A stretch of DNA of 64,000 nt from Lachnospiraceae bacterium. GTDB lineage: Bacteria > Bacillota > Clostridia > Lachnospirales > Lachnospiraceae. The position numbers and the translations under genes were made by a program. The stretch covers positions 2,128 through 66,127 of the forward strand of contig JAFXQR010000072.1 of assembly GCA_017526985.1 (NCBI GenBank), in the 5' to 3' direction. Positions 30,801-38,636 of this stretch are shown piece after piece. The number at the start of each line of letters is the position of its first letter. Position 1 is the first letter of the stretch. Under the pieces are notes generated by a model. The model did no database searches, had not been told where the DNA came from, and saw only the letters and a list, made by a program, of their open reading frames with translations.

Positions 30801-33065
30801 TTCTTTTTTATCCTCTTCTTCTTTTTTGTCTTCTGCCGCCTGACCGTCCAAAAATTCGGATACCGTGCTGTATGCGGAATATAGCTTCTCCGCGATGCTG
30901 ACGATGGTATCCACCTTTCCGAGATTATCCGGAGTGAGATAGCTGCTCAGCTCGGTGCTGATCTTTTGCATATTTGCCATCTGCTCCTTCAAAGCCTTGC
31001 TGTCATTGAGGATCTTTGTTTCTTCCTTGTTCAGCTCGATCTTACGGGTCTCTGTCTTGGCAGTCATCAGATCCTGCAGCAGCTCCTGGGACATACCACC
31101 GGGATTCGCCGTCGGAAGGTTCTGCTTTGCCGCATTGATATCCGCAGCCAGACCGGTCATATAGTTTTCCGCACTTTCGATCTCGTTCTTTTTCAGCGCC
31201 TTCTCATTGTCACTGAGTTTCTTACCGCTGATATTTTCTTCGATCTCCTTCAGCTTTTCTGCTTCTTTTTTCTTTGCCTCTTCCAGCTCTTTTTTCTTTT
31301 CTTCAACCTTTTTTGTTAACTCTTCATATTTTTTATATGCCTTGGTAGCATTCGTCTGATGTTGATCCGCCTTGTTGATCTTGCCGGCAAATTCTTTATC
31401 GATCTGCGCATTCTGCTGCTGCAAATGCTTTTTGGCATCCTGAATACTGCGGACCTTATTGTACATGTTGGAGGAAAGAGCCGTTGCCTGCGTATTTTTC
31501 TTCTGCTGCAGTGCTTCCAGTTCCTTTTCTACCTGGACTCTCTCTCCTTTTACAATACCTTCAGCCGCGATCACACCGGCCTTCTGGATCGTATCACCGA
31601 TGGAAGAAGACAGATTGGCTGCAAACCCGACCAGGGTGGAACCGATCATCATCTTTCTTCTCTTCTTGGTAGCCTCTGCCGCTTTTTGCTCGACTGCCTT
31701 CTTATACTGTGCGTCACAAGCCTTCTGATCCTTCCACTTGTCCGCTTCTTTCTTTTTCTGCTCCTCAATTTTATTGTTATCTTTGATCTGTGTATTTTCT
31801 TTTGTGATGGCGTTGTTAATGCCCTCTCTCTGGATCAGGCGCTTGCACTGCAGAGACTTATAATACGGAAAGATGACCTTGTTCCGTTCCGACTGTACCT
31901 CGATCCTGTCCGCAATATAGTCATAAGAAGGATCGTACTGCTCGGACAGTGTCTTCAGTTCCTGATATTTATCCATTAACTTGCCGTCTTTAAAATAATC
32001 ACCTATCTTGGTGCTGGAATGATCCTTTATCCATTTTTTCTGATCCGAATTACCGTTTTTTGCGATACGCTCCGCATAATCATTTACCTGCTTTTCAACG
32101 GCATAGTAATCATTCAAAATGTTCATGACCTTATTGGGATCATCATAACCGATCTCAGACAATTCTTTACTTCCTTTTACAGAAGCAGTCGCAAGATTAT
32201 AAAGCAGATTAGTACTCTTTTCGTCAAACTTAGCCTGCTGTTTCGGATCATTCTTATAACCGTCCAGTTCTGCAAAGCTCTTCACAGTATTTTTGGGCAT
32301 ACCAACCTGCTTGATCACCTGTTTCAGCATCATACGCTTTGCGACCATCGACTGATAGACTTCAAATTCCTTGTTATTATCTCCGCCTTCCGGATACAGC
32401 CGCTCATATCTCTGCTGCTGTTCCTGATATTTCTTTGTGTTGGCGTCTAATTCACGAAAACCTTCGACGATCGAAAAATCTGCCGATTTGGTATCTGTCG
32501 TATTTTTGAACCATTTCCACTCTTCCGCTGTCAGGGATTTTCCCTCATCCGCTTTGATATCCGCACGCAGTTTATCGATCTCTGAGGTCAGCTTCTCGTA
32601 CTCATCAATGCCGCTCAGAGTCATCTTTGTCTCATTCAGTTTATAGTCCTTTGCATCGGTTTCCTTTTTTTCGGCTATCACCTTATCCAGATATATGCGG
32701 GTCGTTTCCATCTTCTGCGGATCCTTGATCTTATTCAGATCTTCGATCGTCTCCGGCAACAGATCCTGAATATTTATAGTGACCGCCTGGCGTTTTTTAT
32801 AATCATAATTGTTGATCTCATTCTGGCGTTTTTCCAGCAGTTCATTTTGGGAAGAATTATAGGACTGCAGCTCTACCTGTCTCTTTTTCAACAGATCGAG
32901 CACCTGCTCCTGTTTATCAAGTTCATCCTGCGCCGCATCCAGATGCTTCTGCAGGTCGACTTTGTTTTGCGCAGGCTGCTGAGGCGCCTGATTCACTTCC
33001 TGCGGCTGCGGATTGTTGTTCACTTCCTGCGGGTTGTTCTGATTATTGTTTCCGTCGTTCGGCAT
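27876..33065 (-). CDS. Giant (1729 aa) highly charged K/E-rich coiled-coil protein of unknown function with an internal ~580-aa duplication
   Basis: One uninterrupted ORF. AGGAGG RBS 7 nt before the ATG at 33065 (MPNDGNNNQ...). I see no signal peptide and no enzymatic motif. Confidence 0.8.
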   Translation of the reverse strand: MPNDGNNNQNNPQEVNNNPQPQEVNQAPQQPAQNKVDLQKHLDAAQDELDKQEQVLDLLKKRQVELQSYNSSQNELLEKRQNEINNYDYKKRQAVTINIQDLLPETIEDLNKIKDPQKMETTRIYLDKVIAEKKETDAKDYKLNETKMTLSGIDEYEKLTSEIDKLRADIKADEGKSLTAEEWKWFKNTTDTKSADFSIVEGFRELDANTKKYQEQQQRYERLYPEGGDNNKEFEVYQSMVAKRMMLKQVIKQVGMPKNTVKSFAELDGYKNDPKQQAKFDEKSTNLLYNLATASVKGSKELSEIGYDDPNKVMNILNDYYAVEKQVNDYAERIAKNGNSDQKKWIKDHSSTKIGDYFKDGKLMDKYQELKTLSEQYDPSYDYIADRIEVQSERNKVIFPYYKSLQCKRLIQREGINNAITKENTQIKDNNKIEEQKKKEADKWKDQKACDAQYKKAVEQKAAEATKKRRKMMIGSTLVGFAANLSSSIGDTIQKAGVIAAEGIVKGERVQVEKELEALQQKKNTQATALSSNMYNKVRSIQDAKKHLQQQNAQIDKEFAGKINKADQHQTNATKAYKKYEELTKKVEEKKKELEEAKKKEAEKLKEIEENISGKKLSDNEKALKKNEIESAENYMTGLAADINAAKQNLPTANPGGMSQELLQDLMTAKTETRKIELNKEETKILNDSKALKEQMANMQKISTELSSYLTPDNLGKVDTIVSIAEKLYSAYSTVSEFLDGQAAEDKKEEEDKKEDKKDEKEEDKKDGDEADAEEDEDNFELNIKDTIQDLRDKAEAINNAISGKGEGAEDKETIIGNITELAQEAGQIVQIVSQKLNDMTVSMQHSLEEAQAREETEKNFLKQAELNAEESIVERAQKELTEQQNLHKTMIHADLDANQRAIDMQTNRVENTKASRDKVLEDMGKLLEFEEAERKKQLEKEEKELQEKAKQEAEIEDTPEIQAAREELNAAKARSDEMKDVTNAARKEYEIRRGSHQMNQEILDLKKSQLKLHQDNLMAKMDEAKKLQDDDKKTQKQKNEDFLKQKKEAADAAGSAIRKAAVKSFFVGIADSAADFSKGFMDKLTLTVSESVVKGKVKQMEDELSEKEDAYRLKGETALAKGRTQLQHVKEAQMRGKNSPLYQPLLADAADDERRAKDIHKERDEIGKEIEKMQEDLAGARVEEKKQLEELHQKLKDSYHIDFEAEAKKIDIKTGVNEAAAHQATKQIAEDLENGKDIVDLLTSPAYTEVDAAQRQVIKEQVKLKAAEKELENDAKDIEKYSNALKGLFTPKNMGRVETVVSAAETIYKLYGSVKGFINGKGGSGDQNEDEEEKGIAEKISDMKKKAADVRKGMMGEGEPKEDEPGIVDNIIAITQSMREVTDTLSTKIKDIAEEYENDLTTQRGIKINADWEYNEFKEIFKKEPEKALDKAFIEVAAKSESDIVTNQQESIQYTEGAMKETEEKMKAAEEDLRKKEKEQEDVDKKVEDAQKKLDDLIAAEKQKKADALKAQQEENARQQEALKQQQEERRRREEENAQREANERRLAEEREREADRLRTLHEKNDPKMEQLQDLLDNLTDTKNGYTGHDNTTEYGKVIDQLQKFTGDTDKNIDFSKENTKDLKDALTGYLNHVGMDTAWHRNGNVRKENVLAALNIIDPETAKIFEQQANNVRRKSKQLDLNTLMEKESIKRPDEKRRNRQPSAQSAQNVKKEEKLPDLNSQIVSRK

Positions 33066-33286
33066 AATCGATTTCCTCCTTATACATGGTCTGAATCTGT
33101 CGTTTTCTGTTTCTGTTGAATCCACTATAGCAACCTAAGTGCAAGAAAAGTGCAAGCATTTCGGCTATTTTTGAAAAATATAAAAATTTTTTGAGCCATG
33201 GTTGACATATGCAGATCGTCTGTTATAATTATTTTGATAATATGAGTGTCAAGTGTTACCGCCAACAGCCAAAGGAGGGCAGAACT

Positions 33287-34027
33287 ATGGAAGACTACAA
33301 TTTTAATGCAGAAGCAGTAAGGGACCGTCTGGTCGCAATGATCAAAGAACATGCACAGCAATACAGCTTTGACCGGGTAGTGCTGGGGATCTCCGGCGGA
33401 AAGGATTCTACCGTGGCCGCTGCCTTGTGCGCCAGAGCTCTGGGAAAGGAAAACGTGATCGGCGTGATGCTGCCGGATCAGAAGCAGGCGGACATCGCGG
33501 ATTCTGTCAGGGTATGTGAGAGTATCGGCATCCAAAATTACACCATTAATATAGGAGAGATCCATACGGCACTGCTGGCGGCGGCAGAAGAGATCCCGTT
33601 TTCGGAAGAGAGCAATGTCAATGTAGCTCCGCGTCTGCGTATGACTACCCTGCGCTATGTGGCGCAAGCCCTGGGTGCCAGACTGTGCGGTACCGGCAAT
33701 CTGTCCGAAGCAACCGTGGGCTATTGCACCAAAGACGGCGACACCAGCTGTGATTTCAATCCCCTGGGGGCGCTCACCAGTGTGGAAGTCGTGGAAGTAG
33801 GCAAGACCCTGCCGGAACTCCCACGGGAGCTGGTAGAAAAAACTTCTAACGACGGACTGTCAGGCAAGAGTGACGAAGAGAAACTGGGCCTGAAATACTC
33901 GGATATCCACAAATACATCCGTTTCGGCACCTGCGGGGATGCGGACATCGACGAAAAGATCCGCCGCAAAGAAACCGCCAATATGCACAAGCGCATGCGT
34001 CCGCCCATCCTGAATCCTCTGGTATAA
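33287..34027 (+). CDS. nadE: Ammonia-dependent NAD+ synthetase
   Basis: PP-loop LGISGGKDSTV; AAAGGAGG RBS before the ATG at 33287. Confidence 0.85.
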   Translation: MEDYNFNAEAVRDRLVAMIKEHAQQYSFDRVVLGISGGKDSTVAAALCARALGKENVIGVMLPDQKQADIADSVRVCESIGIQNYTINIGEIHTALLAAAEEIPFSEESNVNVAPRLRMTTLRYVAQALGARLCGTGNLSEATVGYCTKDGDTSCDFNPLGALTSVEVVEVGKTLPELPRELVEKTSNDGLSGKSDEEKLGLKYSDIHKYIRFGTCGDADIDEKIRRKETANMHKRMRPPILNPLV

Positions 34028-34042
34028 ACATTATATGCCCTA

Positions 34043-34648
34043 TTGTATAAAGCCGGTTTTTTGTTTATAATGTTCGCTATGAGTGCTTTAGAGAAAATGG
34101 AGGAAGTCAAAAAACCGGCTTCCAAAAACGATACACAAAATAATGAAAGCAAAAAAATATCCACCCCCTTGTTTTTACTGCTCTGTCACATCGGATGCAT
34201 CGCAGCATTTATCCTGTGTATGCTGGCAGACTGGGCGCTGGGGGATGTGCAGGCACAGAATATCACCGGAGCTGCTTCTTTTCTGCTGCCGGTCGCTCTG
34301 GCAGCCGTGATCATCTTGTGGGAAAAGAAGCTGCCCTCCAATGCCAGGTTACGCAGTCCCGCAGTGATCCTATGTTGTTTTATCGCCATCGCCCTCATTT
34401 GGATCGTCGTCTATTCCCGGTTTTCCGGTATGCGACAACCTGCAGCGCTGTCTCCGGATGCTCCGAAGGATCTATTATGGAAGGAATACCAGAATGATAT
34501 CCGACTGAGCCTGTTTGCTTTCGGTTTGTTCTATACGATCGTAGACAGTGCCATCCTGCTGGTTTATTTCGTGATCCGATGGATCGTCTCGATGATCCGG
34601 GAGAAAAAAGAAGAAAATACAAAGAAATCAAAAAAGGGAAGAAAATAG
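34043..34648 (+). CDS. Integral membrane protein, unknown function (start uncertain)
   Basis: Four hydrophobic segments and a basic C-terminal tail; no clear RBS. Confidence 0.45.
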   Translation: MYKAGFLFIMFAMSALEKMEEVKKPASKNDTQNNESKKISTPLFLLLCHIGCIAAFILCMLADWALGDVQAQNITGAASFLLPVALAAVIILWEKKLPSNARLRSPAVILCCFIAIALIWIVVYSRFSGMRQPAALSPDAPKDLLWKEYQNDIRLSLFAFGLFYTIVDSAILLVYFVIRWIVSMIREKKEENTKKSKKGRK

Positions 34649-34663
34649 ATACCTGAATCTTCC

Positions 34664-34709
34664 CCTCATCCGGCCTTCGGCCACCTTCCCCCCAGGGGGA
34701 AGGCAAGAA
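34664..34709 (+). repeat. 46-nt hairpin repeat family 2 (CCTCATCCGGCCTTCGGCCACCTTCCCCCCAGGGGGAAGGCAAGAA)
   Basis: Near-identical inverted copy at 59884-59929. Confidence 0.75.
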
Positions 34710-34717
34710 TTCTTGAA

Positions 34718-36382
34718 CTATTTATACTGCTTATTTTTCAGTCGCCGCTCGAAATCGTCCCGCGGCAAGGGCTTGTCGTAATAGTAACCCTGGATCACAT
34801 AACATCCCACACTGTTGACAAAAAACAGCTGGTCATCACGCTCCACTCCTTCGGTCAGGGTTTCGATCCCCAGTTCCTGCGCCATATGAATGATATCCTT
34901 CAGAATGATCTCATCCTTCCATGAAAAATCATTGTTATTCACAAAAGAACGGTCAATCTTTAATGTATGCACATGGTACTCTCGCAACGTCGATAATGAG
35001 GAATAACCGGAGCCAAAATCGTCAATGGCAGTCATAATGCCGTATCGATACAGCTTATCAATAAAGGCCGCCAATTCACCATGCTCTTCCGCATCCGAAG
35101 TTTCTGTCACTTCCACCTGGATCAGTTTTTTATCAATCCCGGCCGTCTCTATAATATTATTGATATTTTCCGCCAGATTTTTGTCTTCCAGATCTTTTCT
35201 GGAGAAGTTCACGGACACCGGTACCGGCTCGTATCCCTCATCGATCCATTTCTTCAGATCCTCGCAGGTACGCTTCAGTACATAATAATCCAGCAGCACG
35301 ATCAGGCCGTTTTCTTCCAATGGCGGGATAAACACCCCGGGCGAGACCAGCTTGCCATCTCTCTGCCACCGCACCAGGCTCTCCGCTCCCACCAGTTTCT
35401 TATCCCGGGAGTCCACCTTGGGCTGATAGTAGACCATAAACTCCTCCCGGTCCAGTGCCTGCTGATAGTTGACCAGGATGCCTTTGCGCTGCGTCACCAT
35501 ATCCAGCATACGCTCCGTCGCATAGGCGATGGGCTGGTGCAGCACATTTTTGGCCTGGTTGAGTGCCACCACCGGACGGTTGATCACATCCGCCGGATCG
35601 ATCTTATCCTCCACGATCTCCCAGATGCCCGCACGGCTGGCCAGATGCACTTCCTCTTCCAGCTTGGGCAACACGATGGGCACATCCGCCAGATAGCCGA
35701 TAAATTCTTCCTTGCGGCTCTTGCGCAGCAGCACGGCAAAATTATCGCCGCCCATGTGCGCCGCGATCTCGTCTTCTTTCAAAAACGACTTGATGATCTC
35801 GGCAAACCGCCGGATCAGCTCATCGCCGGTCTGATGCCCCAGCCGTTTGTTGATACTGCCAAAGCCCTGGATATTGATATAAAAGGCGTCATAGAAGGAA
35901 AGGGGCACGCCCTCTTCCATCAACCAGATGATCTTTTGAATATAGCCGCTGTAGTTCAGCAGTCCCGTCAGATGATGGGTGGTACGGCTGTCCATAAATG
36001 CACGCACCGCCTGGAGGCTCAGCAGATAGAAATAGATGTCCATCGCATACAGCTCCAGCAGCTCCTTTTCCTCATCCGTAAAGGGGCCGGCGGCAGGCAC
36101 AAAATGCAGTTTCAGCCCATAAATATCATTATAGTGATAATTTACGGTATACGGACTGTGTTTGCTCTCCTTCACACGGCGGTCTTCAAACAGGACAAAC
36201 TGCTTTTGATTCTTGATGATCGCCGCATTCCCCTGTTGCTCCACTTCCAGTTTGAACACATGGTAACGAGGCCCTACTTTCAGCAGAGCCTCCCGTAATG
36301 TTTCCAGTTTTGCCGGAAGAAATGTTAAACTTTGCAAAAACCTGTGGTGTAACTGGAGATCATTTTCCTTCATCTTTATCAC
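34718..36382 (-). CDS. GGDEF/EAL domain protein (c-di-GMP turnover), with degenerate GGDEF (GGDNF) and an ESL variant of EAL
   Basis: Motifs HMGGDNFAVLL, ESLVRW, QVEVTE, DDFGSGYSSL. Confidence 0.85.
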   Translation of the reverse strand: MIKMKENDLQLHHRFLQSLTFLPAKLETLREALLKVGPRYHVFKLEVEQQGNAAIIKNQKQFVLFEDRRVKESKHSPYTVNYHYNDIYGLKLHFVPAAGPFTDEEKELLELYAMDIYFYLLSLQAVRAFMDSRTTHHLTGLLNYSGYIQKIIWLMEEGVPLSFYDAFYINIQGFGSINKRLGHQTGDELIRRFAEIIKSFLKEDEIAAHMGGDNFAVLLRKSRKEEFIGYLADVPIVLPKLEEEVHLASRAGIWEIVEDKIDPADVINRPVVALNQAKNVLHQPIAYATERMLDMVTQRKGILVNYQQALDREEFMVYYQPKVDSRDKKLVGAESLVRWQRDGKLVSPGVFIPPLEENGLIVLLDYYVLKRTCEDLKKWIDEGYEPVPVSVNFSRKDLEDKNLAENINNIIETAGIDKKLIQVEVTETSDAEEHGELAAFIDKLYRYGIMTAIDDFGSGYSSLSTLREYHVHTLKIDRSFVNNNDFSWKDEIILKDIIHMAQELGIETLTEGVERDDQLFFVNSVGCYVIQGYYYDKPLPRDDFERRLKNKQYK

Positions 36383-36526
36383 AAATCCTTTTACTGCTCA
36401 ATGTGTCCTGCCATTTGTATACACTTATCTGTATTTTAACAAATATTGTGCATTTATGAAAGTGCTTTCACATAATTTTTCAGGTACATTTTGCCGGGAC
36501 ACTTCTTACTTTCCAATTCGCGCGTC

Positions 36527-38527
36527 TTACAATGCCTGTCTGGCTCCCGGTGCCTCCGCAAACGGCCCCGGCATGGCGCTCACGCCGCGATGATTGCCGA
36601 AATAGTCCACATCAAAGGTGATCGGGCTGCCGTCCGGACTCTCGAAACGCTGCTCCGGCTCAAAGGCACAGCCCAGGGTATCACTGGTGAGGATGCCGTT
36701 GGTAAAGTCCTTCAGATACTTATACACATCGGTCTTTAAGGTATACTTGCCGTTCTTCTCAACCAGATCGATGCTCACCGTATTTTTCTTATCCACCAGT
36801 TTTTTCGTCTCGTGCTTGCAGACATTGGCACCGTTGAAGTACGCATTGCCCGCAACCCACACCGGCAGATGTCCGAAGTGCGGCTCCGCCAGCCTGCCCA
36901 TATCCGGCAGTTCCCCTTCGTCAAAGGGCTTGCGCCATTCTTCATAGGTAGGGAAGATGTCAAATGCCGCCGTACCCACCTGCTGGTAATCCGCATCCTG
37001 CGGGGTCTTCTTCTTATCTGCCACCATGTATTTCTGGATGAAGATATTGTTGTAGATCCGGTCGTCGCCATGCAGGATGGTCATAAAGCCGGCCACCTCG
37101 GTGCGGTGACGGATGTGATACGGGGTATAGCGGGGCTCTCTCTGCCCGTTCACGATACTGTCCACGCCGGAATTGATCAGGGAGAAACCGCCCAGGATCA
37201 GATTGTTCACCACCGCGATGCCTTCGCTCGGGATGGTCACGGACACCTTGGAAAGCAGGAGGTTATTGTCGATCAGGGTCGGACCATGTCCTACTTCCAC
37301 AAACACATCGGTATGGAACATAATGCCGCCGCGGGTCTGCACACCCTCCGGCCGGTAGTTATCATGCATAAAGTTCTGAGATACTCTTGCGCCCTGCGCC
37401 TCCCAGTCAAGCCACACGCCCATGATACAGTCATGGATATGGTTGCGACGGATGGTCACATCGATGGCTGCATGCAGCTTGATGCCCGCCGTCTCTGCGC
37501 CGCCCAATTGGGAGGAATTGCAGATATGATGGATATGGCAGTCCTCGATGGTCGAGAACACACCACCCATACGGCCCACGATACCGGTCTGCTCGCAGTG
37601 ATGCACATGGCAGCGGCGGATGATGTGGCTGCCCACACGCTCCTTCGTCCAGCCATGGTACTGTCCGCGGCAGACAGCGTCACGCTCCATCTGCGTCGGA
37701 CTCTTCACCCGCTTCTCGGTGAAATACATATCGTTCTCCGGGTCTTTGTATTTGCCCAGGGAGATACCGCAACATCTGCTGCCGTAGATCTCACAGTCTT
37801 CGATGATCCAGCCCTTGGACCAGTGCGGCCCGATCATGCCGTCCTGGTATGCCGCCGGCGGAGCCCAGGTGGTCGCTGCCTTACAGATGGTAAAGCCGCT
37901 CACCGTGATATAGTCCACAAAGTTCTTCTCCGGCATAAAGCAGTTACGGCGCACCGTGATCTCCACTTTTTCCTTATTCGGATCCTTGCCGCGGAAATTG
38001 GCATACAGCACCGTCTCATTCGTTTCCGCATCCTGCTCCGTATACCATTTATACTTGGACGCTTCTGCATCCCATGCACATTCGTCCGCCGGCGCCTTCA
38101 TACACTCTTCCAGGGACGCCGCTTCATACATCGCATTATCATTTAAGAATACGCAGCCGGTATGACGGATCTTCGGTGAGAAATACCAGTCGCCATAGAC
38201 AAAAGTCGTATACGGATGATACGCGCCGAAGATACTGTTCTCCACGCGCACCGTCCAGACATTGCCCTTGTACTTCTTCCAGCCCTTCATCTCTTCCGCA
38301 CCGGTGATCACTGCGCCCAGAGGCACTTCGGAACGGTAGCGGATCGGCGCATCCTTGGTTCCCGCATTCTTCGGGCACACATATTCGCGGTAGATGCCCG
38401 GCGCCACGATGATCTCATCCCCGGCGGTCGCAATCTTTGCCGCCTCGTTGATACGCTTGAACGGATTTTCTTTGGAACCGTTACCGTCGTGATCTGCGTT
38501 TATGTTGACATAGTAGATTTTAGACAT
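36527..38527 (-). CDS. Right-handed parallel beta-helix repeat protein (polysaccharide lyase/hydrolase-like), no signal peptide
   Basis: N-terminus YYVNINADHDGNGSKENPFKRINEAAKIATAGDEIIVAPGIY, as I recall for pectate-lyase-fold proteins, plus repeated HxxxN/HDN turns. Start at 38527 has an AGGGGG RBS. Confidence 0.65.
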   Translation of the reverse strand: MSKIYYVNINADHDGNGSKENPFKRINEAAKIATAGDEIIVAPGIYREYVCPKNAGTKDAPIRYRSEVPLGAVITGAEEMKGWKKYKGNVWTVRVENSIFGAYHPYTTFVYGDWYFSPKIRHTGCVFLNDNAMYEAASLEECMKAPADECAWDAEASKYKWYTEQDAETNETVLYANFRGKDPNKEKVEITVRRNCFMPEKNFVDYITVSGFTICKAATTWAPPAAYQDGMIGPHWSKGWIIEDCEIYGSRCCGISLGKYKDPENDMYFTEKRVKSPTQMERDAVCRGQYHGWTKERVGSHIIRRCHVHHCEQTGIVGRMGGVFSTIEDCHIHHICNSSQLGGAETAGIKLHAAIDVTIRRNHIHDCIMGVWLDWEAQGARVSQNFMHDNYRPEGVQTRGGIMFHTDVFVEVGHGPTLIDNNLLLSKVSVTIPSEGIAVVNNLILGGFSLINSGVDSIVNGQREPRYTPYHIRHRTEVAGFMTILHGDDRIYNNIFIQKYMVADKKKTPQDADYQQVGTAAFDIFPTYEEWRKPFDEGELPDMGRLAEPHFGHLPVWVAGNAYFNGANVCKHETKKLVDKKNTVSIDLVEKNGKYTLKTDVYKYLKDFTNGILTSDTLGCAFEPEQRFESPDGSPITFDVDYFGNHRGVSAMPGPFAEAPGARQAL

Positions 38528-38636
38528 GAATAATACCCCCTTTACGATACTTTCTCTTTTGATCAATCTAACATAGCTTGTTAGCTCCTGACCATTTATC
38601 CGCCGGTATTCTGCATTATCAGTTTTTGTCTTGTGA

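Noticed and set aside
27876-33065. Giant coiled-coil ORF as a prophage tape-measure protein
   Set aside because: There are no phage structural, terminase, portal, lysis or integrase genes nearby. The gene is flanked by KDG-kinase/Eda and NadE and has its own promoter and terminator.
35081-38146. Long plus-strand ORFs 35081-36298 and 36812-38146
   Set aside because: They are antisense to the GGDEF/EAL and beta-helix genes, whose motifs are unambiguous. They have no RBS.
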